A stretch of 64,000 nucleotides of DNA from Eledone cirrhosa (GCA_964016885.1 OZ024741.1:183644001-183708000), one strand, 5' to 3'; numbered from the stretch's first letter, positions 39,761 to 54,753 are shown. The notes: generated by a model from the letters alone, not told the origin. Numbers and translations are program-made.

Positions 39761-40674
39761 CATTATACCCTAACGGATAGTACGAACTATACGCGGGTAT
39801 TTTACGTCTTGATGTGGTAGTTAAGTATATGTTATGTTTATACCATTACTTATTTGTATAGGTAAGTATATATTACCTGTATGTTTTGTGAAGGTACGTA
39901 TACTTTCTCGTACGTATATTTGATTGTATATGTTATAGCGTATATATTATATATTCTGGTACATATGCATTTGGTTATGTGTATACGCGAGTTTTGCGTC
40001 TGTGTGAGTATGCGGGTTCGTACGTATATAGGGTGTGTGTATATGTGTACTTAGTGATTTGGTTGACGTACGTCTCCGAACATATGTGTATTTACATGTA
40101 GGTATGTGAGTGCGCGCGTTATATACGTATTTATTTATTTATATACGTTTTTTTAATTATATGTATACACGCACACACACACATATATATATATATATTT
40201 TTTTTAATATATATTTTATTGTGTATTTGGTGTATACATTCGTATGTGTGCGGGCACAGGCGTTGCGTGGGTTCTGTATGTGCGTGCGGGTTTTTTTTTG
40301 TGTACGTGCTTGTATTTGTATACCTATGGCAAGTGTTTTCGCGTATGCTTGTGTATGTACGTATATGGATGCGTGTATGTATTTATTTAATTTCAATTAC
40401 CTCTGTATTTTATTGACTTTATTCTTAACTCTGAAGCCGAGAATCATTCGGTTTCCTAGTTAGAATTTTAGTCTACGACTTCAGTTATACCATTTATGTG
40501 GTTTTGTCTTTGCGTGCAATTGTTCTCCCCGCTCCACATAATGACGTATTTTTTTCCAATCATTGCCAGAGAACGTCTCCATGAACCACCTAATAGAATA
40601 TTAGTCTACGACTTCTTTTATACCATAAACGTGGTTTTGTCTGCGTGTAATTATTTTTCACCGCTCCAAATAAT

Positions 40675-40850
40675 TGTTTCTACTTTAGGCCAGCAATTAC
40701 CCAGTACATTACTGGTACTTTATTTTATCGACCCCGTAAGGATGAAAGGCAAAGTCAACCTCGGCGGGATTTGAACTCAGATCGTAAAGGGACGTAACTA
40801 TGCTGGAAAGCATGGCGTCCGACCCTCTACCGATACTGCCAATTCACCGC
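40675..40850 (-). mobile_element. CORE-type SINE (family A)
   Basis: Family motif; flanking duplication (TTCA)CCGCTCCAAATAAT. Confidence 0.9.
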
Positions 40851-40994
40851 TCCAAATAATGACGTATTATCTTCGTTTTTCCCCCGTTCTTTGCCAGGGA
40901 ACGTTTCCACGAACCAAAGTATCGTCTTCCTTTCTTCCTCCGGTTGTTACGTTTTTTTAAATATTTACTTCTGCGTTCACAGATTAACTTTTTT

Positions 40995-41045
40995 AGTTTC
41001 AGAAGATCCCGTTAAGGGTGAAAGCAGCGATTCTTTGCTTAAACT
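40995..41045 (+). ncRNA. Degenerate hammerhead (core CAGAAGA); more decayed partial copy at ~41960-42006
   Basis: Stem I AGTTT/AAACT; stem II t-CCC-gttaa-GGG-t; GAAA; stem III GCA/TGC; U4 mutated to A. Confidence 0.55.
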
Positions 41046-41232
41046 TTAATCTGTTATTTTAATAAATATATATATATAATTTTGCAAAACAGTTTTTATA
41101 ACTGTCTAGGTGTCTTCAGGCAGTTGCCCAAAGTAGGTATGTTATTCTTTTTCTTGATTTACTACTTTAAATTAAGTCCGGCAAGCCATATTGTTAGAGT
41201 TAGTATTTTTTCACCCTACCAAATCTGGTATA

Positions 41233-41310
<78 letters not shown>

Positions 41311-41480
41311 TATGCTGAGTTAAAAACTCAAAATAGTCTCTTACAATGTGTTCGAATTGTAAAGTCCAGGTTTGGTAGGGTGAAAAAATACTAACTCTAA
41401 CAATATGGTTTGCCAGACTTAATTTAAAGTAGTAAATCAAGAAAAAGAATAACAAACCTATATTGGGCAACTGCCTGAGA

Positions 41481-41561
41481 ACACCTAGACAGTTATAAAA
41501 ACTGTTTCGCAAAATTATATTAAGCGAAGGCGTCACCAACTCTCTGCTCTTCAGTATGTGT
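41481..41561 (-). ncRNA. Type I hammerhead ribozyme inside an inverted-repeat cassette
   Basis: Minus strand: stem I ACACATA/TAGGTGT; CTGAAGA; stem II GCAGAG/TTTTGC; GAAA; stem III CAGTT/AACTG; GUC. Downstream flank recurs inverted at 41073-41228 and 41753-41845. Confidence 0.82.
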
Positions 41562-41883
41562 AAAAATTAACGATCCTTCCACTTCTAAAAATCATAGGAG
41601 ACTGAATTGTGTGCGATATGAAATAACGCACATGTCTTCGGAGCCTAGCTTGTCTCGAAAACCTCTGCCGCTAAAAATAGCAGCCTGGTTAACACGACAT
41701 TAAAATTAGCTCAACATGATTGAGGTGACAATAATTATACTGAGTTAGAAACTGATTTACTACTTTAAATTAAGTCTGGCAAAACATATTGTTAGAGTTA
41801 GTATTTTTGCCCCTAGCAAACCTGGTCCTTTACAATTCGAACACATGTATGTTTATATTTGTGCTTATCTCTCTTGTATGTTC

Positions 41884-41941
<58 letters not shown>

Positions 41942-42017
41942 ATATATAAATATAAAACCGTAGAAGATCCCGTTATGGGTGAATGCAGCGATTCTTTGCT
42001 TAAACTTTAATCCGTTA

Positions 42018-42071
<54 letters not shown>

Positions 42072-42184
42072 AGTATGTATGTATACGTACATACATATAT
42101 GTATACAGACGTACAGTAGCATGCATATATATATATATATAGTTATAACTAGCACCAATTCCTTCACCTATTTTGGCTCCACTT

Positions 42185-42495
42185 CCACCTCTTTTAAAGC
42201 TCGTCTCTATAATCATCATTCATCTTTTAAATACAAACTTTAAAGAACCAACACGGCTCTCTCAGAACTCATATGGTCCTTGAAAGACAAAAACATTAAA
42301 TATACCATCTTTTGGAAGAAGGTTTCTTCTGCGTCCTCATACTTGAACAGCTCTCTATCTAAAATCTGTAATCTCTGCCTAAATGAAAAATTTACCATTA
42401 TCTCTAATCTAGATTCTATAATAAATAGACGTACAGATTTGTTTTCTATCTGCCTGCATAAATTCCATAGGACTTTTCACAAAGTATACAGCTAA
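42185..42495 (+). mobile_element. Penelope-like element GIY-YIG C-terminal fragment
   Basis: [61 protein letters not shown]. Confidence 0.82.
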
Positions 42496-42659
42496 TATTC
42501 AATTCTTTATCAATTTAGAATCTTTTCTCAAAGGCACATATACATACACCTCTTTAAATTATACCCATCTTCCTACCTTACGTCAAAGGGCATTATACAC
42601 TCTATAATACTTGTTTACTCATTACCCTCATTCTATCTTCACCTTGTAAAATCCTTCAT

Positions 42660-43645
42660 AACATATACATTTGTTTTTTTGACATTAGAATATTCATCCG
42701 CAATTATTATTTTTTTCTCTCCATCATCAAACTTTTTAATCTCAATACATTAACTCCCTCTCCTTCTTTTGACGCTAGAATATTCATCCTTAATTTATTA
42801 TTATTTTTTTCTCCCCATCAACTAACTCATTCTTAATACATATTAACTCTTTCTTCGCACATATTATCAATTCCTTCAATATACAAACCTTAACTTCACA
42901 TTATTTTTCTCAAATCATCTAATACACAAACCTTAATAATTTTTTAATACATATTAACTCTTTCTTCGCACATATTATCAATTCCTTCAATATACAAACT
43001 TTAACTTCACATTATTTTTCTCAAATCCTTCAACACACAAACCTTAATAATTTTTTCTCTTCATTAATTTTGAAATTGCCATAATACTTATAAACATACA
43101 CTTTTTTGACGTTAGAATATTCATCCGCAATTATTATTTTTTCTCTCTATCTTCAAACTTTTTAATCTCAATACATATCAACTCCCTCTCTTTCCTCGTA
43201 CATATTTTTTCCCTTCGTTAATTTTCAAATTTTTTCAAATTCTTTTAAGTTATACATTATCTTCCAACGGTTCTCGACCTCTCTATGTAAAACAATATAT
43301 CTTTTCTCAGTTATAAAAACTATCTCTTTCTCTCTATCACCCATCTCTCCCTCTCCACCTTCACTCTCATCTCCTCCCCTTTTTTCATCCTTTCCACCCC
43401 CCCTCTCTAAATAAAATATTTTTTCCTCGTACATATTTTTCCCTTCGTTAATTTTCAAATTCTTTTAATTTATACATTATCTTCCAACAGTTTTCAACCT
43501 CTCTATGTAAAACAATATATCTTCTCTCAGTTATAAAAACTATCTCTTTCTCTCTATCACCCATCTCTCCCTCTCCACCTTCACTCTCATCTCCTCCCCT
43601 TTTTTCATCCTTTCCACCCCCCCTCTCTAAATAAAATATTTTTCC
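42660..43645. repeat. AT-rich tandem/dispersed repeats downstream of the PLE fragment (~115-bp and ~230-bp units)
   Basis: 42834-42940 repeats at 42945-43050; 43192-43420 repeats at 43422-43645. Confidence 0.85.
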
Positions 43646-43741
43646 CAATATCACACATCAATCTAAAACTACTTTTCATATGTTGATTTAAAACTGCACT
43701 ATCCACAAGTGTTTTTTTAGCCTTCATATCATGTTCTCCTG

Positions 43742-43808
43742 TTTTATCTGATGAAAACACAAATATTATTGCATGATGATGTTTGTTTTTGAAATGCGCA
43801 TAATAAAA
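43742..43808 (+). ncRNA. Type I hammerhead ribozyme (probable pLTR of the PLE at 42185)
   Basis: Stem I TTTTAT/ATAAAA; CTGATGA (43748-43754); stem II AAACA../..TGTTT; GAAA (43791-43794); palindromic stem III TGCGCA; AUA cleavage after 43802. Confidence 0.82.
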
Positions 43809-43840
43809 TACATGGAACTCCTTTAACCATCTTTTGATCT

Positions 43841-43974
<134 letters not shown>

Positions 43975-43999
43975 GCATATATGTATGTGTACCTGTATG

Positions 44000-44067
<68 letters not shown>

Positions 44068-44181
44068 TGATACTGTACGTCTGTATACATATATGTATGT
44101 ACGTATACATACATACTTACATTTAAGTAAGTGCCATACTAGGAGTGAGAAATGAAATTTCGTTTTCATTTTATTTCAACT

Positions 44182-44216
<35 letters not shown>

Positions 44217-44291
44217 ATACATATACATCTATATATCTATATCTATATATCTATATATGTATATATATATGTATATATATATATACATATA

Positions 44292-44392
<101 letters not shown>

Positions 44393-44415
44393 GTATATAT
44401 ATATATATACATATG

Positions 44416-44516
<101 letters not shown>

Positions 44517-44606
44517 ATATATATATATATGTATATATTTATATATTTGTTATTATTATTTTCAGTATTTATACAAATATGCAACTTAACAATATTCTGC
44601 ATATAC

Positions 44607-44644
44607 GCAATTGACAATGCATTTAATGCTGAAACCGGTATTGC
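44607..44644 (+). ncRNA. Minimal hammerhead ribozyme, U3-A8 variant
   Basis: Stem I GCAA/TTGC; core TTGACAA; stem II t-GCAT-tta-ATGC-t; GAAA; palindromic CCGG; GUA cleavage after 44640. Confidence 0.75.
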
Positions 44645-44981
44645 AAATAAATTAATGCGTTGAAATTTCACTAAAATGTCTTCAACATTTTCTACTAAAA
44701 AATGTTTTTCCTATCTACTATTTGTTTTTATATATATCAACTAGTGTGTTACCTTTCTACATTCGATATATATACAAATATATATATATATATATATTGT
44801 CTGTTTTAATTCTTTTAATTCATATTAATTTATTGTTGTGGCCTTTATTCTATTCTCCAAATCTCACTTGTTGTTAATTCTGGATTTGGACTTAAGTTCT
44901 GCCATTTTGGATTAACTCTTTTCCTTCCTCCTTTCCCCATCTTTTTTCTCTCCCTTTATCTCTCGCTTTCCCACTCAATTA

Positions 44982-45145
<164 letters not shown>

Positions 45146-45281
45146 AGTGTAATTTTCTACACAAAACGAAGGTTATAGAGAAAATTGAGGTTGGTAATGG
45201 CACATGGAATATATAAGAGACAGAATACTTTTTTGTGAAAAAACATAATTTTATAAGGTAAGGAAATAATAAAGGGTATAA

Positions 45282-45329
45282 AAAATGACCGGTTTCGATG
45301 GGTCTGCAAAAGCCATCTTTTCAAATGTT
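45282..45329 (-). ncRNA. Minimal hammerhead ribozyme, U3-A8 variant
   Basis: Minus strand: AACAT-TTGAAAA-GATGG-cttttgcagac-CCATC-GAAA-CCGG-TC-ATTTT; stem I has one mismatch. Confidence 0.68.
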
Positions 45330-45679
45330 GATTAATATTAAGAAAAATTAATAATACGAAGAGTTAAAATTTGAGACTTGAAAATTCAAGTATAAAATTC
45401 ATTGTGGGATTTCATAGCAGTTTTCATCTAGGTAGCAACAACAGGTTGACTGCTGTGTCCCTTTCTGGTAGTGAATGAGAAGTTATTTGGGGTGTGGGTT
45501 ATTTTATAAAGGTCAGATTTAGCAATCGCCAGCTGCTGGTCAGTGAGGGGGTGGAAGCAATATACACACACATATATCTTCCTGTGATGGGTAGGAGAGT
45601 GGAGCGTGATAGAAAAGGATTTAGTGCACTTACACCTATATATACACACATACCTTCATCCACACATACATACATATAC

Positions 45680-45718
<39 letters not shown>

Positions 45719-45779
45719 CACACATACATACACACACACATACATATACATACACACATACACACATATATATACACAT

Positions 45780-45838
<59 letters not shown>

Positions 45839-45877
45839 TATATATACATACACATACATCCAGATACACACATACAT

Positions 45878-45967
<90 letters not shown>

Positions 45968-46015
45968 CCACACATACATACACACACACATATATATATA
46001 CATACACACATACAA

Positions 46016-46048
<33 letters not shown>

Positions 46049-46571
46049 CACACATACACACACATATATATACACACACACACACACACACGCATATATA
46101 TATATATACACATACGCATACATCCAGATACCCACATACATACACACACACACACACACACGCACACACAATACATACATCCACATGCACACACATACTC
46201 ACACACACACACACACACATACATACACCCACACACAGAGAAATGGCCTTCAAATATATATATATATATATACATACAGACACATATATTTTTTCCATAA
46301 TATAAGAAGTTGGGGCAGTGAAATTAAAATACAAGTCATTCTGATCACATTGAGTTCTTCATGTAGATTGGGCCCCGCAACCGACAGTGGTGAATTCTGT
46401 GTGCGCATATATATATAGATATATGTGTGTGCACGTGCAGGGTTTAACATGGATGTGTTGGTCACACAAAGGCATGGTCTGTCAATGAATAAACCTGATT
46501 CTACAGAATTGGTCTCTGGTCTTTAATAGTAGTGATTCCGTGCGTATGTGTGTTTATATTTTATGACAATT

Positions 46572-46877
46572 CTATTGGGGTGATAACCCGTTTAGTTTTG
46601 GTTTAAATTTGTTAAGGAATAGATTTTCTTTGTTTATTCTTTGTTGTTGTGTGAACGAATCTGAGCACTTGTAGAAGGGGAAGATTTTAAAGTTGGGTAG
46701 TGTCATTCCTGCGCAGTTCGCAATATGGCTGCTCAAGGGGATTTTTCTTGTGTTAGCGTCCCGGATTTGTTGGCGGTGGATGGTCATTCTTTTGCGTAAT
46801 GAGGTGCCCGTCTGTCCTATGTAGTTGTGTTTGCACCCACCGCAAGTTATTGCGTAAATCAAGTTCTCCGAGTTGCA
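46572..46877 (-). mobile_element. Penelope-like element GIY-YIG endonuclease (5'-truncated, frame open; Neptune-like)
   Basis: CNSENLIYAITCGGCKHNYIGQTGTSLRKRMTIHRQQI..SHIANC..RINKENLFLNKFKPKLN: IY..C..C..YIGQT..R...H...E...LN signature. Confidence 0.88.
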
Positions 46878-46945
46878 TATATACATATATTTTATTTTAT
46901 TGAATTGTACTAGCTTACACGCAAACGCACACACACACACGCATA

Positions 46946-47027
<82 letters not shown>

Positions 47028-48136
47028 TGTGTGTGTGTGCGTTTGCGTGGAAGCTCGTACAATTCAATAAAATAAAATTGGTTTGAGATCTGAGTTTCTC
47101 GGAGCTGCACCAGTGAGATCTGAGTTTCTCGGAGCTGCACCAGGCTCAAGAGTTTCTACCCACTGTTTGCAGAGCAGAAAGACATAGACCTTAATATATA
47201 AAACAACAGAAGGGTGGAGATGAGGCATTTTTGAAGACAATGATTCAAAGTTTTGGAATCTGTGATGGAATCAAAAATAAATAAGAAATACTGGAGGATA
47301 TTATCAAACAATTTCAAAATCTCTTAACCAGTTAAACAAAGAATAAATAAATCAGAACGAGAAAACCTGATGATATTACCTGTTGAAGGTTTTTCTAAAG
47401 ATAACACTAAAAGATTTCTTTTTAAAAATATCCCCTGTTGAGCCACCTTCAATAGGTTTCAATTAGAACTGAGAGCAGCCCCCAGCAATTCATTGGTTCA
47501 TCAATTTTTAAAGAAATAAGACACAATTACAATCTTTGAAAAATAAGCAATGCATAATGTTAACAATGGATATACAAGGATAGACAATCAGAGCGAAAGA
47601 AAATTGACTTAAACAAGATGATGATGATGGTTATGATAATGATGGTGAGGATGTCGATAATGATTATTTCATTTACTTGCCACAAGGACATGTGCATTCA
47701 TACTAAATGTGTTACAAAAGGGTTTACGTGACGTATAGGAATATATGTATATATGTCTGTCTGTAGGTCTCTTTCTCTCTCTCTACCAACCATCCATCCC
47801 TTTCTCTCCCTCAACGGAGAACCTCAACTGCTTTACCAACCTGGTGTCAGTTTTCATGCATGCGTAGTGTAAGCTACCAAGTAAATATTTATAGATTAGG
47901 ACAATATATCAGAGACAAATAATTTTCTGTTTGATATTTTCTACTCCTTTATTGTTGAGTTTATAGACGTGATATATATATAGCTGCTACATCTAACGGT
48001 ATTTATACTCGTCACTGTTCTGATCTACAAATATTTACTGAGTTGCTTAACCTAGCATGCGTGGAAACTGACACCATGCAGGTAGAGCTGTTGATGCCCT
48101 CCGTTGACTAACATTTGAATATTAATTTATATTTTC

Positions 48137-48295
48137 AGGGTCGGACGCCATGCTTTCCAGCATAGTTACGTCCCTTTACGATCTGAGTTCAAATCCCGCC
48201 GAGGTTGACTTTGCCTGTCATCCTTACGGGATCGATAAAATAAAGTACCAGTAATGAACTGGATAATTGCTGGCCTTATGCCTAAAGTAGAAACA
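48137..48295 (+). mobile_element. CORE-type SINE (family A), 5'-truncated
   Basis: GAGTTCAAATCCCGCCGAGG B box; flanking duplication ATTAATTTATA(T/C)TTTCA. Confidence 0.9.
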
Positions 48296-48652
48296 ATTAA
48301 TTTATACTTTCAAAGAATGCTATCTGACTAAGCTGACTTCTTCAATGCTGGTTCACTTTATTTTATGTAATAGAATGGGCAATAATGTCTTATCAGTGGA
48401 AACTGCAGTAATGGAGTGATTTTTAGGTCTCTATACTAGGAATCTACCTATAGCTAATTTTGTATAAGTTATTCTATATATATTTACATAATTCTCTAAG
48501 TGATATTTATTTTCTGTATGTCAGTGCCAAATAATTTTCGGTTTGATATATAATATTAGAAAATATATAGCTTTCACCATATTCTTGACTAAAGGAATTT
48601 TAGCCTGATAATGGGGTTTAGAACCCTCAGATAAATGGAAAAAGATGAGTAT

Positions 48653-48723
48653 TGACGTAAATGGGAGTCGAACCCACATCTGTGGTTATCGCGACCACTC
48701 TGCTACCATTACACCAACACATC
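48653..48723 (-). pseudogene. tRNA-like cloverleaf (pseudogene or head of a tRNA-derived repeat)
   Basis: GATGTGT acceptor pairs with TTACGTC-A; A box TGGTGTAATGGT; anticodon arm GTGGT-cgcgata-ACCAC; T arm GTGGG-TTCGACT-CCCAT; lacks U33 and purine 37. Confidence 0.72.
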
Positions 48724-48914
48724 ACTATATATAGCAACGTGTGCATACGCCGTATTTGAGTAAATAGAATAAGCCTGCTTTGTATCTTCATATTTATACA
48801 CACACACACACATACACACACATATATACACACACACACATATATATATATATTTTTTATTTTTTTATTTTATTGAGTTGTACTAGCTTACACGCAAATG
48901 CACACACACACAAA

Positions 48915-49002
<88 letters not shown>

Positions 49003-49114
49003 ATAAGGTGGTAATAAGGTAGTAATAAATTACTATCTTTCACTGTTTAAGGTTTAAAATATATATAACTATAAAAAGTTTTAGTATATACATAACCATA
49101 AATAGTATCCTTAA

Positions 49115-49171
<57 letters not shown>

Positions 49172-49394
49172 AGTAAAAATTAGCGAGAGAATCGAATTTC
49201 AGCCTATGAAATAACGAAAAAAACACTTTCGAATTGTGAGGCAAGCGCTCAATAATTCAAAAGAATTAGAGCTTACAACTTACGTTAAAGGCCAAACACA
49301 CTGAGATGGTGGTTAAACTAATTATCCACACAGCGAAGATTCGATCTCCTATTTCGGGTCAAACAGATATACAGATATAAAAATATATGAAAGC

Positions 49395-49459
<65 letters not shown>

Positions 49460-50459
49460 TCTTGATTGGCCAGAGGTGTTTATTTCCAGGTACCTTATGA
49501 ATTTGACTTTCCGTATTTATTACTATTGTGAAATATTGTGGCTTTTTTTGGGTTGTAACTTCTCTGTTTTTTAGCCTAGGAAAATATATATATATATGCC
49601 TACGTATATAATTACACACATATATGTATTTATTTTCTTTTATTAATTGAGTTCTTTACACGAGGAATTAATATTGGTTTGGTAATAACTAATTAACCCG
49701 CGTGTGTTTTATATTTTACTCTTAATAATTCGGCCGGAGAATTATATTCCCATTAGCCTTTTATAGCATAACTTTCTGCATTTACTGCGGTTATGAGAAG
49801 CGGTTCTTATTCAGGTACAACTTCTGATTTAGCCTAAGAAAATATCTATATGCGTGTGTAATTTATACAAGCATATATTTATTTTTTTATTTTCAATTGA
49901 GTTCTTGAACACGTTGGATTGATAATGTTTTCAAAAAAACTAATTAACCCGCGTGTATATTATTATTTTTTTCCTCATTTCGTGAGTTGTCTCCCCTTCC
50001 CGCTTCCTGTCGCTATGATACTTCCTCAGTCAAAAACTACTGGAATTTCAAATTTGGTGGTCATTCGAGGCGAGAGAGAGCTACTTTACGGACATGATTT
50101 TTGACAGCGGTAAGAAATGGTTTTCTTATATCAATGTTTAATGGGCGTCCACTGATGATTTATAAGTGCCCACCTATATATATTCTTACATGAATATATA
50201 TTAGGCTTCTACATAAACTGGAAACATTCTCCCAAACTTGTAGAAAACTTATAATGAAACAATTGTTTGGAAAGAGAGATATACTTTAACTTTAATTATA
50301 TCTCATAAAATAATACAACTGGTTTTTCCACATTATACATATTGTTAGCATCCCAAACACTTAAATTGGGTTTATATTTTAATATAACCTAATGTTTGTT
50401 GAGTGAGATGGTTACCAGTCAGAGTTTAGCTTTAAACTATCTCTGTTATTGTATTAAAT

Positions 50460-50497
<38 letters not shown>

Positions 50498-50697
50498 TTA
50501 AGGATACTATTTATGGTTATGTATATACTAAAACTTTTTATAGTTATATATATTTTAAACCCTAAACAGTGAAAGCCAGTAATTTATTACTACCTTATTA
50601 CCGGTAAGATAAATAGCTCAATGTAATAACATCAGTTGTTCTACAGAGCAGTTATATAGAATTCACATGAATCAAAGTTCTGTTCAAACCATTTATT

Positions 50698-50744
50698 AGC
50701 TTACAATTGTTTCATCCAAACCGAGGTTTGGTGTCTTCGGAGCT
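50698..50744 (-). ncRNA. Hammerhead relic (core CCGAAGA)
   Basis: Minus strand: AGCT-CCGAAGA-caCCAAAC-ctcg-GTTTGGat-GAAA-CAATTG-TA-AGCT; U4 changed to C. Confidence 0.62.
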
Positions 50745-50785
50745 TATTTCAATGTTTGTTTACATACATGACCTCCTTTCCAATA

Positions 50786-50918
<133 letters not shown>

Positions 50919-52013
50919 TGTGTGTGTGCGTTTGCGTGTAAGCTAGTACAATTCAATAAAATTAAATTGGTTTGAGATCTGAGTTTCTCGGAGCTGCACC
51001 AGGCTCAAGAGTTTCTACCCACTGTTTGCAGAACAGAAAGACATAGACCTTAATATATAAAACAACAGAAGGGTGGAGATGAGGCATTTTTGAAGACAAT
51101 GGTTCAAAGTTTTGGAATCTGTGATGGAATCAAAAATAAATAAGAAATACTGGAGGATATTATCAAACAATTTCAAAATCTCTTAACCAGTTAAACAAAG
51201 AATAAATAAATGAGAACGAGAAAACCTGATGATATTACCTGTTGAAGGTTTTTCTAAAGATAACACTAAAAGATTTCTTTTTAAAAATATCCCCTGTTGA
51301 GCCACCTTCAATAGGTTTCAATTAGAACTGAGAGCAGCCTCCAGCAATTCATTGGTTCATCAATTTTTGAAGAAATAAGACACAATTACAATCTTTGAAA
51401 AATAAGCAATGCATAATGTTAACAATGGATATACAAGGATAGACAATCAGAGCGAAAGAAAATTGACTTAAACAAGATGATGATGATGGTTATGATAATG
51501 ATGGTGAGGATGTGGATAATGATTATTTCATTTACTTGCCACAAGGACATGTGCATTCATACTAAATGTGTTACAAAAGGGTTTACGTGACGTATAGGAA
51601 TATATGTATATATAGGAATATATGTATATATGTCTGTTTGTCGGTCTCTTTCTCTCTCTCTACCAACCATCCATCCCTTTCTCTCCCTTAACGGAGAACC
51701 TCAACTGCTTTACCAACCTGGTGTCAGTTTTCATGCATGCGTAGTGTAAGCTACCAAGTAAATATTTATAGATTAGGACAATATATCAGAGACAAATAAT
51801 TTTCTGTTTGATATTTTCTACTCCTTTATTGTTGAGTTTATAGACGTGATATATATATAGCTGCTACATCTAACGGTATTTATACTCGTCACTGTTCTGA
51901 TCTACAAATATTTACTGAGTTGCTTAACCTAGCATGCGTGGAAACTGACACCATGCAGGTAGAGCTGTTGATGCCCTCCGTTGACTAACATTTGAATATT
52001 AATTTATATTTTC

Positions 52014-52172
52014 AGGGTCGGACGCCATGCTTTCCAGCATAGTTACGTCCCTTTACGATCTGAGTTCAAATCCCGCCGAGGTTGACTTTGCCTGTCATCC
52101 TTACGGGATCGATAAAATAAAGTACCAGTAATGAACTGGATAATTGCTGGCCTTATGCCTAAAGTAGAAACA
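52014..52172 (+). mobile_element. CORE-type SINE (duplicate of 48137-48295)
   Basis: Same sequence within the duplication. Confidence 0.9.
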
Positions 52173-52422
52173 ATTAATTTATACTTTCAAAGAATGCTAT
52201 CTGACTAAGCTGACTTCTTCAATGCTGGTTCACTTTATTTTATGTAATAGAATGGGCAATAATGTCTTATCAGTGGAAACTGCAGTAATGGAGTGATTTT
52301 TAGGTCTCTATACTAGGAATCTACCTATAGCTAATTTTGTATAAGTTATTCTATATATATTTACATAATTCTCTAAGTGATATTTATTTTCTGTATGTCA
52401 GTGCCAAATAATTTTCGGTTTG

Positions 52423-52491
<69 letters not shown>

Positions 52492-52667
52492 AATACAATA
52501 TCGGAGAAAGCTTTTTAGCGATACTCCGACCAAATTCCAACTCACTCAACAAACATTAGGAAATAAGTGATTATATTCCCAATTATGCGTTCGGGGTGCT
52601 AACTAAAAGTATTGCGTGGAAAATTGGCTGTATTATTTCAAATGAGACCTATCTAATATATCTCTTC

Positions 52668-52773
<106 letters not shown>

Positions 52774-52848
52774 ACATGTGCATACGCTGTATTTGACTAA
52801 ATAGAATAAGTCTGCTTCGCATCTTCATATTTATACACACACACACAC

Positions 52849-53006
<158 letters not shown>

Positions 53007-53367
53007 TATATGTTCAGTAGAAGTTCTTTTGGTCAAAACAGGAATAAGCAGGAGAAAGCTCTCTACAATCGCAACTTGTCGTTATGATGGAGATTCAGTA
53101 TAATAATAACATTAAGAAAAATGGTGATGTGACATAAATCGTTTATTCATAATAATTATTTCAACGGTTCCCTTATGCAATCCATGATGTAATTCATGCT
53201 TTTGTTGTTGTTATGAGAACGGTACCTTAAGATGAAAATGCCGCAGGAAAAAGAAAACCACGTCCTTCTTCTCGTGCACCCTGCTGGCATTAAACGATTA
53301 TGTAACAGCAGCATTTTTCCTAGTGTTAGACACACACGCACACGCACACACACACACACACACGCAC

Positions 53368-53484
<117 letters not shown>

Positions 53485-53857
53485 GTGTATATGTGTGTGT
53501 GTGTATACACATATACACCCACCCACACACACACACACACCCACACACATATACACCAAAAGGACGTTGGCATTATGGAAGTCTAAAAGAGTAATCAATA
53601 TCTGTAAATAATTTAATATTTAAGTTCAGTGACTTAAGATATTTCACTAACTAAATTATATCATTACATGGAAGATAACCTACACGAAACATAGAACTAG
53701 AGATATAATTTAGGTAGAAATATAGTTATACAAAGAGAGACAAAAGGCATGTTTTATTTCTTAAGTAAGGTCGTGAATAAATTGTTTAAAGAAATTGTTT
53801 AAAGAAACTTTAGAGTTATGGAAACATAAAACGGCAATGGATATGCATCAACGATTT

Positions 53858-53949
<92 letters not shown>

Positions 53950-53954
<5 letters not shown>

Positions 53955-54300
53955 GGATGGAATAGAATGAAACGAAATTTCATTTCTCACTCTTAGTACT
54001 GCACTTACTTAAATGTAAGCATGTATGTATGTATACGTACATACATATGTGTATACAGACGTACAGTAGTATGTATATATATATACATACATGCACACAT
54101 ATATATATATGCACGTATCGGTTTACCGAACATTTATTATAATACGTGCATATATATATGTGTGCATGTATGTATATATATATACATACTACTGTACGTC
54201 TGTATACATATATGAATGTACGTATAAATACATACTTACATTTAAGTAAGTGCCGTACTAAGAGTGAGAAATTAAATTTCGTTTCATTCTATTCCATTTA
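53950..54300. repeat. Inverted repeat (~160-bp arms, 25-bp spacer); same family at 42068-42127, 44064-44175 and 54560-54665
   Basis: 53950-54117 is the reverse complement of 54143-54300. Confidence 0.9.
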
Positions 54301-54408
54301 TCGTTTTCGGTGCGCCCACCCGACTGAACTCACTCGATATGCAAATTAGGCTGCTCGCCGTTAATATGCATAAGGAAAGTATATACTTTCAGACGTTCAA
54401 CCATCTGG

Positions 54409-54467
54409 CAGGAAGGTATACGATGCTGACGATAGCTAATAAGCTTGAAACTAGTTGATCGTTCCTG
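54409..54467 (+). ncRNA. Type I hammerhead ribozyme, slightly degenerate
   Basis: Extended stem I CAGGA..ACGAT/ATCGT-TCCTG; CTGACGA (54426-54432); stem II t-AGCT-aata-AGCT-t; GAAA; palindromic CTAG; GUU triplet; G.G mismatch at the base of stem I. Confidence 0.7.
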
Positions 54468-54679
54468 TGTCAGTGTTGAACAAAAAGGTGACGAGGTTGC
54501 CTAAACACTGTACGGCGTAATTCGGGCTGTTTGTTTGTTTACAAACAAACAAACCGAGCATTATAATAAATGTTCGGTAAACCGATACGTGCATATATAT
54601 ATGTGTGCATGTATGTATATATATACATACTACTGTACGTCTGTATACATATATGTATGTACGTATATATACATATATA

Positions 54680-54753
<74 letters not shown>

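Noticed and set aside
47361-47397. CTGATGA inside a GAAAAC/GTTTT hairpin (also in the duplicate copy)
   Set aside because: No stem II pairing and no stem III or NUH site
48600-48640. CTGATAA/CTGATAG followed by a hairpin (also at 54810)
   Set aside because: Not followed by GAAA or stem III
48653-48723. Functional tRNA-Ser(CGA)
   Set aside because: No U33, no purine 37, no long variable arm, imperfect acceptor stem; flanking sequence is repeated elsewhere
50145-50210. CTGATGA..GAAT possible hammerhead relic
   Set aside because: Too many core and stem mismatches to support
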